Assembly (NCBI GenBank): GCA_000004985.1
Contig: GG738906.1
DNA from: Naegleria gruberi
Lineage: Eukaryota
Strand: one strand, 5' to 3'
Length of the DNA: 64,000 nt
The translations under genes were made by a program, and so were the position numbers. Of this stretch, positions 31,635-43,961 are shown piece after piece. Every line of letters starts with the position of its first letter. Position 1 is the first letter of the stretch. The notes beneath the pieces were generated by a model. The model saw only the letters and a list, made by a program, of their open reading frames with translations. It did no database searches and was not told the DNA's origin.

Positions 31635-33993
31635 TTATTTTATCAATTTCAAAACTGCCACAAAGTGTTCCATTCTTATTTCCTTATTTTCAATATTTTC
31701 TCGCAGTGACTCTAAGGCAGCCTCTCTGCACCATCCGCTAATAGATGCTCCTGTCCAGCTTCTTTCCTGTATCAATGAAACCAAATGCTCAATGTTGATA
31801 TTAGATGAAAACGGCATTTTTGCTGTGTTAAAAGATATTGAGCTACTTGTAGGAAACAATTCAAAAACTTACCCTTGTATACTTTGAAAATTTCCACCAA
31901 GTCCTCCTCTTCTGGCATGTGCATGTAAAGTATTTGGTCAAGTCTACCAGGTCTCAAAATAGCTTGATCTATTAATTCTATTCTATTGGTACAGCCCACA
32001 ATAAATACTTGTTTTCTATTGGAAATTCCGTCCATTTCATTTAGTAATTGAGATAGAGCTCTGGCAGATGAGCCACTATCTGTAACTGTAGCATTGTTTT
32101 GTAACTCTCTCCTAGGAGCCAAAGCATCAATTTCATCAAAAACTAGAACACATGGTGACAATTGTTTGGCTCTTTTAAAAATGTACCTTATCAATTTTTC
32201 TGTTTCACCAACATATTGACTGAATACTTCAGGACTGATCAAGTTAGAAAATGTTTGCTCAGTTCACTTACCATTTAATCGAAATGTAATTCATTTTTCC
32301 CATTGAAGCTAGACTCTTCACTAGAAGCGTTTTTCCAACTCCACTAGGTCCATGCAATAATATTCCGCAACATGGTGGAAGACCAAACCTAGAGAAAGAC
32401 TCTGGATGATCTAGTGGCCAATATAACAATTCTTTACATTTTTGCTTGATTTCAAAGTATCCACCAATCTCTGAAAATGCAGAGTCAGTCTCTTTGTCAC
32501 TAGCCTTGAGGATGGTAAAGAGATTTTCTGTATGTAATTGACTAGGCTTAACAACTCGTAATGCATAGTCAAAATCATTCCAACATGGTTCGGTAGTTGA
32601 AGAAATATCTTTTCGTATGGAAATCATGTGATATTGTGCCATTTTAAATATTCTCTCAATATCTCTACCAACATATCCAGATACAAATCTCTGTAAATTA
32701 CTTAAAAACTCTCTTCTCTTCTCCAAACTCAATAAAGGAAAATATCTATTGAAGTGAACGCTTAAAACCTCTCGTTTGCTCTTTAAGGAAGATGGAATAG
32801 GAATGTAGAAATCTCTCTCAAAATGTCCACTCTGACGAATAGACTCATCCATTTCTTCTACATTCTTGTTTGAAACTGCAATCACTGCACACTTTCCGCT
32901 TGTAAATACAATGTTTTGAAGAGCTGAGAACAAGTTACCAATGTTTTTTCCTAAATTTTCCATATCATCCAAACAAATAAGAGTACCTTTAGTCAAGTTC
33001 AAGTTATGAAACATGTCCATACTGAACGAAGATCCGTTCCCAAACCTCACAACAACTCCCCTCCTTTCAAACTCCTTTCCAATATATCTAAAATATTGCA
33101 AAAATATTAATATTATGAAATAAAAGTGTTATACACAAAAAGAAATAATCTTACCTGAGTATTGTTGATTTTCCAGTTCCTTGCAACCCCCACAAGAGAA
33201 TAGTTTTAGGTAGGTGAGTGTAATTTTCACTAGCTCTGAAAAATAAAGTATCCAGAATTGTTAAAATTCCTTCCAATTGGTCATTCAATCCTCCCAAAGT
33301 ATTGTTCGATAATTCCTCAATAAAATTAAAAGTATCAATATGGTTTGTGGAGCGTGTTGTTGGTTTACTATTTTTAAAATCTTCTGTAATTGAAAAATTA
33401 AACTCATTTGTTACTCTGTAATATACTGATTTTTCATTTCCAACAGTTTCTTCAATATTTAAAAGTATTGGATACTGAACACCCATGCACTCTATAAGGA
33501 TTCTTTCACCATTCATGATATATTTACCAATCAATTTGGACTTTATCAGATGGGAAAAGAAATTTTCCTTCTTTTTAAATATTGACTTGCTTTCAAATAA
33601 TTTAATTCTATCAATAAACTTCAAAACATCGTCTGAATCAATAAATTTGATTTGAACGTTAATATTATTTGGTGGTGAATTATTAATATTTGTTAAACAT
33701 TGATAATTAATATATTTTTCATTGTTATTCAATAATTTTTCCACGACTACATCTTGTCCATGCAATAACTTATCCAATCCCAACAATGAAACAATTCTCG
33801 AATTGGCAATACAAATACTTTCTTGATTATTGCTCAGAAATCCTCCAAACTCTAAAATTGTGAAACTGAACGAGTTTTTCAAAATTATTGGTTCAAAGAG
33901 GGAACTTATATTTATACTGTTATCATCGGAAGGAGAGGAAATTAGTATTGACTGCAAATCACAATTAAATTTATCATCACCAATAAGTTTCAT
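31635..33993 (-). CDS. Type II AAA+ ATPase with two AAA cassettes, SPATA5L1/AFG2-like; ~5 exons
   Basis: D1 Walker A LLWGLQGTGKST with variant Walker B ICLDDMENL. D2 Walker A GILLHGPSGVGKTLL, Walker B VLVFDEIDAL, and SRH LNEMDGI..VFIVGCTNRIELIDQAILRPGRLD. C-terminus ..SGWCREAALESLRENIENKEIRMEHF resembles SPATA5L1 ([21 protein letters not shown]...KQEHF). PEX1/6 or NVL-type cannot be fully excluded. Confidence 0.6.
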
Positions 33994-34275
33994 TTTTTAT
34001 TTGTATGAAATCTTTGTGATTCAAATTTAATGAAGAGTGGTACATTTAATGTTAATAAATACATACACAACAACAAGGCAATTAACGGAATTCATTCGGA
34101 ATCTTCTCAATGTGCCAATTCCTCATAATGATACTAAATTTTCCAATTGAACCACTCAACTGTTACCCACTACGTCATTTAAATTTTATTTAAAAATAAT
34201 TTTATTTTTTTAAATTTAAAAGCGCAAACGCTTTAGCGAAGAATACTGAATCCTAAAATAAATCAACAATAAAAA

Positions 34276-35938
34276 ATGGTCTTAGCAGAATTGGGCTCAC
34301 GTATCACAACAGCCCTCCGAACCATCAACTCACAAGCTGTTATTGATGATGCTGCGATCAGTGAATTATTAAAAGAAATTGGTAATTCACTTATGGCTGC
34401 GGATGTAAATATTCAACAAGTGATTCAACTTCGTAATGGTATAAAAGCAGGATTGGATTTTGAAAAACTACCAAAAGGTATCAATAGAAGAAATCACATT
34501 AAAGCTGTAGTTTATCAAGAATTATGTAAATTGTTGGATCCAGGAGTTAAACCATTCCAACCAGTTAAAGGAAAACAAAATATCATCATGTTTGTTGGTT
34601 AGTATTATTTCTATTTAAAAATTCTTAGTTTTTGAAATAGGTTTGCAAGGTGCTGGTAAAACAACAACTTGTACCAAGTATGCAAGATATTATCAAAAGA
34701 AGGGATTCCGTTCAGCACTTGTTTGTGCCGATACATTCCGTGCTGGTGCTCTTGAACAATTGAGACAAAACGCAGCTAAGGTTCAAATTGCCTTCTATGG
34801 TGACGAATATGAAACCAATCCAGTTAAAATTGCAAAGGATGGTGTGGAACAATTCAAAAATGAAAAATATGAAGTCATTATTGTAGATACTTCAGGAAGA
34901 CACATGCAAGAAGAATCTCTGTTTGAAGAAATGGAACAAGTTTCTCAAGCAGTTAATCCAGATGAAGTCATTTTCGTCATGGACAGTAGTATTGGTCAAA
35001 GTGTTAAAGAACAAGCAGCTGCTTTCAAATCTAGAGTATCTGTAGGAAGTGTGATTGTTACCAAATTGGACGGTCATGCCAAAGGTGGTGGTGCTTTGAG
35101 TGCTGTTGCAGCTACCAAATCACCAATTACATTTATTGGTACCGGTGAAGATTTTGATAATTTCCAACAATTTAATGCTGAAAGCTTTGTTTCTAGACTT
35201 TTAGGACAAGGTGATCTCAAAACACTTTTAACTACAGTTCAAGAAGCTGTAGATCCAACAAAACAACCACAAATGTTTGATAATATTGCTAAAGGTATTT
35301 ACACAATCAGAGATATGAGAGAACACTTTACATCAATAATGAAGATGGGTCCTCTGTCACAAGTAATGTCAATGATACCTGGATTCAGTGAACAATTATT
35401 ACCAAAAGGATCAGAACAAGAAAGTAATGCAAGATTAAAGAAATACTTAACAATAATGGACTCTATGAATGATACTGAAATGGATTGTACAGATATAACT
35501 AAATTACCGAACATGCAATCAAGAATAATGCGTATTGCTAGAGGAAGTGGTAGAACACCAAAAGATGTTCAAGAATTATTGGAACAATTTAAAGTATTCC
35601 AATCCATGATTGGAAGAGTGAAGGATCTCAACTTAGCTAACATGAAATCGCCTAAAGATTTACAAAAACTTTCTAAAAATTTACCAAATACTCTCAAAGG
35701 TATGCCAGGAATGGGAAATGTTGATATGAATGCCATGATGAAACAAATGCAAAAAGGTGGTATGCCAAATCTTGGAGGTATGAACTTGGGAGGTTTGATG
35801 AATGGATTGTCAAACATGCTTGGAAGTGGTGGTCTTGGAAATTTAGGTGATTTAGGCAGTATGTTTGGAGGTGCTGCAGGAGGTGCTGCAGGTCTTCCAC
35901 AACAACCCAAGACAAAAACAGTCGTAAGAAAGAGATAA
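34276..35938 (+). CDS. SRP54: Signal recognition particle 54 kDa protein (SRP54); 2 exons (~34276..34597, ~34641..35938)
   Basis: MVLAELGSRITTALR...KGKQNIIMFVG|LQGAGKTTTCTKYA..DTFRAGA..LDGHAKGGGALSAVAATKSPI..FIGTGE plus Met/Gly-rich M-domain. Near-identical in pattern to human SRP54. 43-nt intron splits the P-loop region. Confidence 0.92.
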
Positions 35939-36078
35939 AATTGTATATTTATTATAAATCAAATGTTTATTAACAAGTTTGATAGTGGAATGAATGGTAC
36001 TCTTTCAACTTTGTTTTGAATTAAAAAAGTATCTGCATTAATTTTGATGAAGAAAATATTCAAATTATTAAAAAAAAA

Positions 36079-37815
36079 ATGCCAAGTGTAAAAGCCAACA
36101 ATAGTTTTAAATTGAACGATACTGCTCGGAAGATCATTGATTCCTACCAAGAGAGTAGTGATGAAGAAGATGCCGGAATGGTAACAAAAAGACAAGCTAG
36201 ACAAGATTTGACATTTACTAAATCTAAAACACAAAAGGATGTAAATCAAGAAATTATTGATAAATTCTTAAAGGCAAATCCTGATGTTAATGTTGCTACT
36301 AAAAAACCAAAGGATGAAATTGAAGAATCTGTCAAGAGTATTGAGAAGAAAATTAAAAAACTCAAGAAGAAACTTTTAATTGTGGAAAAGGAGGAAGAAA
36401 ATGCCGATAGTATGGATACTGCATTCGGACAAGAAGATGAACACAAATCAAAGAAAAAGAGAATTTTAAAGGAAATAGCATTCCTCAAGGAATCTCTTAT
36501 TGTTAAAAGTTCACAATTAAAGAGAAAGAAAAATCAAGAATTCAGAGAAGGAAAGGAAGAGGAAGAAAAAGGAAAAAACCTTGTTGTTAAAACAATTGTA
36601 GATGTTGAACAAAAACCAGAAACAGAAGAAGAAAATAATATTTCACTTACTGGAACAGAAATTCCAAATGAAGACGAAGATGAAGTTGAATCATCAGCAA
36701 CAAATGAACCACCTTCAAAGAAATCTAAGGAATCATCCGAAAAGAATCTCACAAAGAAAAGAGTTATTGTTGAATATGTTCCACCATACACTAGAAAGAA
36801 TTACAGTGTCGCTGTTGCCATCCCTGGATGTGTACTTGATTCAAACATGTCAGAAGAACAAAAGACATTATTGTGCATTTCTATAGCTCGTGCTTGTACT
36901 TGTTTAAAGGTTAATGAAATTATTATTTACAACGAAAAGGGAGAATCTATGGAAACTTCAAACTTTTTACCAAATATCGAGCCACCAATGGTTACAGAAA
37001 TGAAGACTGGCAAAAAGAATAAGAAGAAGGATGATTTTATTTCATTGGCCATTGATAGAAATGTTTATTTGGCAAATATGTTATACTATCTCGAAACACC
37101 TCCATACTTGAGAGAAAAACTCATTCCAAATCTTAAAATGTTGAAATTTGCAATGTCTTTACCACAAGACGTACTCGATAGTGCTCACCATTTGAATGCC
37201 ATGGATATGGCTCATCCTTTCAGGGAAGGTTTGGTTTTAGAAGAGGGTGATTTGGTCTATGTTGGTCATTCAAAATTAGTCAAGCTCAAGAAGAAGGTTC
37301 CACCAGGATTGAGAGTAACTGTTGAAATTTACAATACTCTTCAAGGATATCATGAAGGCAGAATTGTTAGCTCCGAGGCACCAAAACAAAAGAAGGGATT
37401 ATATTGGGGATATAATGTTCGTTTAGTTTCCTCTTTCAGTCAAATCTTTAACGAATGTTCTTACAAGGAGGGTTATGATACTGTCATAACTCATGCAGAA
37501 TTTGGTAAAAGTATTGACTCTAAAGATTATGATTTGCCAAGCTTTAAACACTTGTTAATTGTTTTGGGAGGTATGCACAACATTTCAGGCGCAATTCAAA
37601 GCGATGTGAATATTGTAAAGAATTACAATTCTAGAAATTTATTTGATCAGATAATTAACTTATGCCCAAATAACGGATTGAAGTCTATGAGAATTGATGA
37701 TGTTTTGACTCTTGGAATGGGTGCTCTTCGTAAACGTATTGATTTTAACATGCCACCTGCAGAAGTCAAAATCAAAGACCTTTCCTCATTCCTTTTACCA
37801 AATAATAATAATTAA
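36079..37815 (+). CDS. SPOUT1: SPOUT-class methyltransferase-like protein (C9orf114/SPOUT1/CENP-32, DUF171) with long Lys/Glu-rich N-terminal region
   Basis: Core VAVAIPGCVLDSNMSEEQKTLLCISIARACTCLKVNEIIIYNEKG resembles the SPOUT1 DUF171 core (VALPGSILDNAQSPELRTYLAGQIARAC..VDEIVVFDE). Recognition from memory only. Confidence 0.5.
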   Translation: MPSVKANNSFKLNDTARKIIDSYQESSDEEDAGMVTKRQARQDLTFTKSKTQKDVNQEIIDKFLKANPDVNVATKKPKDEIEESVKSIEKKIKKLKKKLLIVEKEEENADSMDTAFGQEDEHKSKKKRILKEIAFLKESLIVKSSQLKRKKNQEFREGKEEEEKGKNLVVKTIVDVEQKPETEEENNISLTGTEIPNEDEDEVESSATNEPPSKKSKESSEKNLTKKRVIVEYVPPYTRKNYSVAVAIPGCVLDSNMSEEQKTLLCISIARACTCLKVNEIIIYNEKGESMETSNFLPNIEPPMVTEMKTGKKNKKKDDFISLAIDRNVYLANMLYYLETPPYLREKLIPNLKMLKFAMSLPQDVLDSAHHLNAMDMAHPFREGLVLEEGDLVYVGHSKLVKLKKKVPPGLRVTVEIYNTLQGYHEGRIVSSEAPKQKKGLYWGYNVRLVSSFSQIFNECSYKEGYDTVITHAEFGKSIDSKDYDLPSFKHLLIVLGGMHNISGAIQSDVNIVKNYNSRNLFDQIINLCPNNGLKSMRIDDVLTLGMGALRKRIDFNMPPAEVKIKDLSSFLLPNNNN

Positions 37816-37914
37816 ATGCTTTCTAAATTCATTTGGTTGTCAGTAAAGGGTTTACCTTTTTTATCACATTATTGCCTCTTATTTAATTGGTTACATTAAG
37901 CTTCATATTACACT

Positions 37915-39929
37915 TTATTTCTTCATTAGGAAATAAGAACATGGTTTAACTGAGCCAAACCAAGCATCTCCAAATCTACAGGTAGCATCGGCGTGATTAG
38001 CTTCAGTAATATAGTGTTGAGAAAGGTGGCTTGAGCTGAATTGGGATGAATTACCAATCATACATGAACTGATACCAACCAACCCGTCATTCGGCTCTCC
38101 AAAGTTGACCATATTACTCAAAAATCCTAAGGCCGGAGAATAATAAGAATTCAAGCCAGTACTACTTGTTCCACACATTTGACCTTTGATGTAGGGCTGA
38201 GCAATAGATTCCAACTCTGAAATTCCCTCAAATGTAGTTTGTAATGTTTCATAGGTTGGATAGACTTTAGTTGACTTGTCAAGACAATATCCAGCTTTTG
38301 AAGCAACAAATTTAGCAACTGATGGTGTAATAATTGACACCTTATTTTCACAAACTTCCTTTAACACGCTTACTGCCTTAGTTCCCTTCATTGGACCCAT
38401 CAAATTGTACCAAGATACAGTTTCTTTATCTATTTTACATAGATTATTCTTTAAAGCACCTGCAATTATTAAATTACCCATTGAATGAGCAAAAACAATT
38501 ACATTTCTAACAGTATTATCAGTTGCATTGAGTTGATTGGCATATTTAGGAATGTGTTTCAATAACATGAAATCACAAAAACTTTGTTGTAGCTCCATAT
38601 TATCCCATCCTCTATTCTTTGTCTCTTCACGAATGAACCATCTTTCCGAACACTGAGGTGTGTAATCGGCAACTGGTCCCCAATAGAGCTCATATTCTTC
38701 TTTAAGAGGAGGTCCTAAGTAGTTTGAATATGTAAATGAGACATTGGAAATTGACATATCTACATACCTTTTCTCTCCTCTAATTCTCCACAACCATGTA
38801 CGAAGAGGCAAATCTTTTTCTCTTCTGATTGTTCCACTTGTTGTTGACACTTGTCATTATTTCTAAGATATGGAACCTTACAGGCAACAGAATTGAAAAA
38901 GTATGCCTTGGCTGGTGAAATGAAACTCTTTAGTGAAATAACAGCCCTTGCCTTCTCTTTTGGAAACAGATCTTTCAGAACTCTGCTGTTTGATACTTGT
39001 TGTTCTTTGTTAACAAGTGAAAGTTCTTCCTGAATTGTTTTTGAAGTTGCAAATAATTGTTCAAAAGTAGGTTCAACATTTGTTTGATTTACATAATTAT
39101 TTCCTCCCCTCATCTTTACATTCTGGTTAGTGAGTTGCTCTACAGAGGTGATTTGAATAGTAAATTCCTGTCCTATAATGTATCTTAAATGAAGAAGATT
39201 TGAAACCATCTTTTCGACCGTTATTGTATGTGGATCTTTCTTTAAAACACAAAATATGTAATGCTGATCTTCAAAGTAAACGACATGCCTACTCAACAAA
39301 CTACTAGGACACAACCTATCAACAGCCTCATCAAAAATAGGAACGCTCTCAGGAATGAAATGTGAATATGCAATATTTGACATCATTTCATCATGTAAGG
39401 CAGTGAAGAAGTTGTGAAATTGGAAAGACTGAGTTGATGTAATAATATCTTCCTCGCTTTCATTGTGAAAATGTTGAGTGAACGCCAATTTCTCTGAATC
39501 ATAATAAATACTCTTTTTGAGGAGACTTGAAGTTGAAACAAGTCTTAATCTAGTGTTTTTCTTTTGCTTGCTATCATAGCTCAAAACAGCTCTCCCTCTA
39601 AAGAGTGGAAGTTGATTGTGGTTAGTTTGATAGGTAATGATTCTAGATCTGGCATGTAATTTAAAGTCTACCAATAAATTTGAAATGCTAAAATTCTCTG
39701 GGAATTTTAACCATCCTTTTGTTTTCAATAAGGAGTCATTTAGTGATGATGGTGTTCCACTATTACTTATTCCGTTGGTAGAGAGAGAAAAATGTAATAT
39801 TGTAAGAAGAAGTAAGTAAAATCCTCCCCTTGAAAAGCCCCAACTGCAAACCATTGATGTGGAACTTTTTCTTTTGAAAAAGAAACGCTTGCCATTCAGA
39901 GTTGTTATATTAAGTGAATGTTCAAACAA
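37915..39929 (-). CDS. Secreted alpha/beta-hydrolase-like protein (GxSxG lipase/esterase motif) with ~330-aa N-terminal domain; 2 exons (~39929 or 39854..38768, ~38714..37915)
   Basis: Internal Met MVCSWGFSRGGFYLLLLTILHFSLSTNG looks like a signal peptide. ICLFVHGCGE (oxyanion-hole-like HG) then VIVFAHSMGNLIIAG (nucleophile elbow). A 53-nt GTATGT..CTTAG intron resolves the frame switch between ORFs 38760..39929 and 37915..38850. Confidence 0.55.
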
Positions 39930-39988
39930 GAAACATCACAATTGGATGGAAAAAAAGGGAGCACAAACTACAAAATATCAAAAAATAT

Positions 39989-40996
39989 TTAACGTTTATA
40001 AACTAGCTCAACAGAATCATCGAGATGTGAATCATCCCCTCTGTAGGGGGTAATAGAGAATTGAGGCAACCCAGTTCTTATCCGTTTGTCATTTGGTCCA
40101 ATTGAAAAATCCGAGCTGGTTGACTGATCATCACAAAAACTATCCTCATGATTATGTCTCTCTCTGTTGATGTTGAACATTCTAGAACTTTTTGGCTCTT
40201 GTATCATTCTCTCCAAACCGGTGCCAGGGTGTGTAGGTGAAGTTTTCTTTTGTAATCTTGACAGTTTTGAATTTTGTTGAATTAATTTAGAGAGAGCATA
40301 GTCTACTTCATCTCCATCTGATCTTCTAGGAGAGGAGCTTGAGGAGGATATGGAGCTAGAATTTAAATCTATTTTTTTTGAATCTATAGTTTGAAATGTT
40401 TGCTTTACATGTCTATTTACATTTGGTTGACTTGGAAACAATCTTTGTTTGGTTGGAGGAATACCTTTTTGTATCCTATCAATTTCATCTTGGGCTTTGT
40501 TTGGCTCCATGTGGAGAATTGGTTTTTGGTAAATGTCGCTAGTATCTGATTGCAATTTTCTTTCGTTGGCCATGTCTTTCCTCCTCTCTCTCACATTCTC
40601 ATTCCTTAATCGGTGAATGATAGAGTACAAGAGTGGAACTGAGTCACCATCCTCATCCATCTCGTCATATGTTTTTCTAATGTTCAACTCATGAGCAAGA
40701 AATCGCTTATCTAGTCTTTCCTGTGGTTGATTGCATTCCTTTAGGAAAACAGATTTTGTATAGTCCATATTATTGTATTCCAAATACTCTATGAATAGTT
40801 CATTAATAAGAAATTGAATATCGGAGGGCTTGGGTTTTGAACTTTGTTTTTTTAACCAATACTCTGTGGTCTCATCATGATCTTGCTCCTCAAATGTTTT
40901 AAAAATTTCTGCTCTTAAATTTGCTCTAATTTTGTTGAGCACTCCTCTTTTCTCTAGATTGTCTTTCAATATGTCCTTGATTTCCTCTAAAGACAT
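39989..40996 (-). CDS. CEP43: FOP/FGFR1OP (CEP43)-like centrosomal/centriolar-satellite protein with N-terminal LisH/FOP dimerisation domain
   Basis: N-terminus LKDNLEKRGVLNKIRANLRAEIF...FLINELFIEYLEYNNMDYTKSVF matches the FOP N-terminal domain (LVQTLENSGVLNRIKAELRAAVF...LVAEFLQFFNLDFTLAVF). Ser-rich disordered C-terminus. Confidence 0.65.
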   Translation of the reverse strand: MSLEEIKDILKDNLEKRGVLNKIRANLRAEIFKTFEEQDHDETTEYWLKKQSSKPKPSDIQFLINELFIEYLEYNNMDYTKSVFLKECNQPQERLDKRFLAHELNIRKTYDEMDEDGDSVPLLYSIIHRLRNENVRERRKDMANERKLQSDTSDIYQKPILHMEPNKAQDEIDRIQKGIPPTKQRLFPSQPNVNRHVKQTFQTIDSKKIDLNSSSISSSSSSPRRSDGDEVDYALSKLIQQNSKLSRLQKKTSPTHPGTGLERMIQEPKSSRMFNINRERHNHEDSFCDDQSTSSDFSIGPNDKRIRTGLPQFSITPYRGDDSHLDDSVELVYKR

Positions 40997-41204
40997 TTTT
41001 TATTGATTTTTGTACTTGGTTTTGGAGGGAATTTTTAATTCTACAACTCGAGAGAAAAGAACGATTAAAACTTTTAAATTATAGGGAGCAAACCAAACAC
41101 AACATGTCAGGTAAAAAGTAAACCTTGATGAATTAAAATACTCTGTTAAAATCAAATTAAATGCAATAAAAAAAACTTAATTTTTAATTTGTTATTCAAA
41201 AAAA

Positions 41205-43197
41205 ATGCTTGCTAATATGAAAATTTTGGCCCGACCAAAAATAAAGGCCACTCCTTCCATCATTTCCTTGCTTCCTCTCAATCAACAAAGACATTTGAGC
41301 AATTGGACTCATAGACCAACAAAGGACTTTGAAAAGGAAAATATTATTGGAAAGGCTTCACATGCCAGAAGACAAAAGGAAAAGAAATTCTACAAGTGGA
41401 CCGTCAATCCTAGTGTTACAAGAAAAGAAATTCAAGAACACAACGCTAAAGTCAATGCTCCAGGTACTAAAAAAGAACAAGTTGTATCAACAAGAAACAA
41501 GCAATATATTGATGAAATATACGCAGCCGCCAAACAACATAATCCAAAGGCTGCTATTGAAGCATATCACAGATGTTCTCACGGACTTGACATTCGTGTA
41601 TATTCAGCCATCATCAAATCCGTACGTACACTATTGTGTTAAAAAGTAATAATTAATATCGATGATTATTTTGGAAATAGATGGAAAACGATGCCAACCA
41701 CATTGGTGATGCCTTCCAAGTCTATAATGATATGAAGAAGGGAGGTAAGAAGGGTAACGTTGCTACTTTTACTCACCTTTTGAATGTGTGTATTACTGCT
41801 AACCATTTGACTCGTGCCTTGTATGTGATGAAGGAAATGATGCTTTATGCAACTATTGGTCAAAAAAGTATCTCCCAAGCAACCAGTTTCTTCAAGAAAC
41901 TCATCAGGTTTGTACTCCTATAATTATATATCATTTAAATGATAACCATTTTCATTCACAAAGACTTTGTTACATTAACAATGAACCAGGAAGAGCTGTT
42001 GCTGTTTATGACTGTATGAGAAATGCTAAAGCTGGTGAATTTAAACCTGAAGAACAAGTAACAAACGAAATATCATTTGAATATATTAGACGAGTAATTT
42101 CGGAAGAAATTAAAATTCCAAAAGAATCGGAAGAACTTAAAGAATTTTGGATTGCTATGAACAAAGCTAAACGTCCAAGTTTCACTACTCAAGCCTCTCC
42201 AATGCTCCCATCATCTTCAAACAAATCTTTTGGTATTGCTGGTAAATCAGAACAAAGAGCCACTTTTGAAGCTGAGCTCAGAAAATTGAAGAGATTGACA
42301 GAAGTTGACGAAGAAGTTTCAAGAGAAAATAAGGCATTAGATTTTGATGAATATGGTTTAAGTACTCGTGATCATCTTGAACTTCGTTCAATAACATTGA
42401 ATACACCAATGCTTGCCAATGATCAATCTGATGTTGATCAATCACTCAGACAATCATATAAGACAGCAGCCTTTGAATTCTCACATGTTTTCTACTCTAC
42501 ACTTTTCAATGATAACAATTATACCCCAGTAGATGTTTATAGTACTCATACAGAAACATTGGCTGAACAATATGGTACTCTTTTAAAGAATAATGGACTT
42601 TCAGAAAAGGAAATTAAATTGGAAGTTGACTCATTCAAGGCTTTTGCTGAAGCTCACTATGAAGTCATTGAACAACACTTGTCTGAAGATGGTACCATTA
42701 CTTTCACAAATGAATATTTGAATGCTTTGATTGATGCTATGGAAAATAATTGGACTCCAGCCTACAAACATGACCACCAAATTATGTCTATGATTCCAAC
42801 TGTTGCAGGTGCTTCAGCTAATGACTCTGCCATTCTTTTATCTCAACCAATGAAGACTTTAATGGATAAATTTGTTGAAGCAGAATCTTTGCAAGAACTG
42901 GACCCTGTTTTGGATGAATACAAATCAGAAATGAACAAGATTACAAGATATGTCAATCGTAAAGTTGATTGGCAACCAGTTGTTTTGGGTGTTGATGGTA
43001 GACCATTCTTCCCATCTGAAGATATCATTTCAATCGATGAAGTCACAACTGAAACAATTGAAAGAGCCAAACAAGCCTATATTGATAGCATCAAAGATGA
43101 AGAAGTCAAGAAACAAATTAAGGAAGAATTCTATGATTATATTCACTTGGTTTGGATTGATGGTAAGGGTAGAGTTGTTGAAGGTATCAGTTACTAA
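41205..43197 (+). CDS. Mitochondrial PPR-repeat protein (mt-ribosome/RNA-metabolism type); 3 exons (~41205..41626, ~41681..41908, ~41969..43197)
   Basis: Basic N-terminal presequence. PPR-like helices (NHIGDAFQVYNDMKKGGKKGNVATFTHLLNVCITANHLTRALYVMKEMM; AVAVYDCMRNAKAGEFKPEE). Introns at GTACGT and GTTTGT donors. Confidence 0.45.
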
Positions 43198-43287
43198 GGT
43201 AAAAATAATAAATATTGGAATAAACTTTAAATAATTAAGCAATAATTTATATTTAATTTATTAATATTTAACAAAAATAATTAAAAA

Positions 43288-43914
43288 ATGAGAAAAAACC
43301 TAATAACTTTTTGTCGTACTTTCCAACAACAACACCGAAATCACACCAATACTACCACGTCCCAAAATAACTACAGACTATTTTCAACATGTGTTAAAAC
43401 TACAACCTCTTCTCAACAAGATGTTCACTTCCGAAAGAGGTAATTTTATAATTCATTTACTAATTTTTCATTTAAATTTAGCATTAAAATAGGAGATTCT
43501 GCTTCAATGCAAAGATCTTTCAATTCTCAAGATGTTTCTGATTTTGCAAAATTATCAGGTGATTACAATCCTTTGCATTTCGATGCTGATTTTGCTAAAA
43601 TACACGGCATGTTCAAGGATCGTATTGTTCATGGAGTTTTAGTATCATCATTAATCAGCAATTTGGCAGGCACTGTTTTACCTGGTGCTGGATCAATTTA
43701 CATGTCACAAGAGTTGAAATTTCTCAAACCAGTTTATATAGACCAAGAAATAACAGTTTCAGTTCAAATTAAAGAAGCCTTGTCAACTAAAAAAAGTGGA
43801 AACAAGAAAGTTATTTTCATTCTTGATACTGAAATAAGAGATTCAAGTAATAAGGATTTGTTAGCGAGTGGTGTTTCCCGACTTTATCACCCCAACTTAC
43901 AAGTTGAAGAATAA
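43288..43914 (+). CDS. HTD2: Mitochondrial 3-hydroxyacyl-thioester dehydratase (HTD2, MaoC/hotdog fold); 2 exons (~43288..43439, ~43481..43914)
   Basis: IKIGDSASMQRSFNSQDVSDFAKLSGDYNPLHFDADFAKIHGMFKDRIVHGVLVSSLIS matches human HTD2 ([58 protein letters not shown]). Exon 1 is a presequence. 41-nt intron with TTACTAAT branch-like motif. Confidence 0.8.
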
Positions 43915-43961
43915 AATTATTATTTTTGGATTTTTAAAAAAAATATTTAATAACAAAAACC

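Noticed and set aside
35569-35915. Pro/Gly-rich minus-strand ORFs (MGCCGRPAAPPAAPP...)
   Set aside because: Antisense of the Met/Gly-rich SRP54 M-domain. Repetitive GGN/ATG codons on the sense strand generate an open reverse frame.
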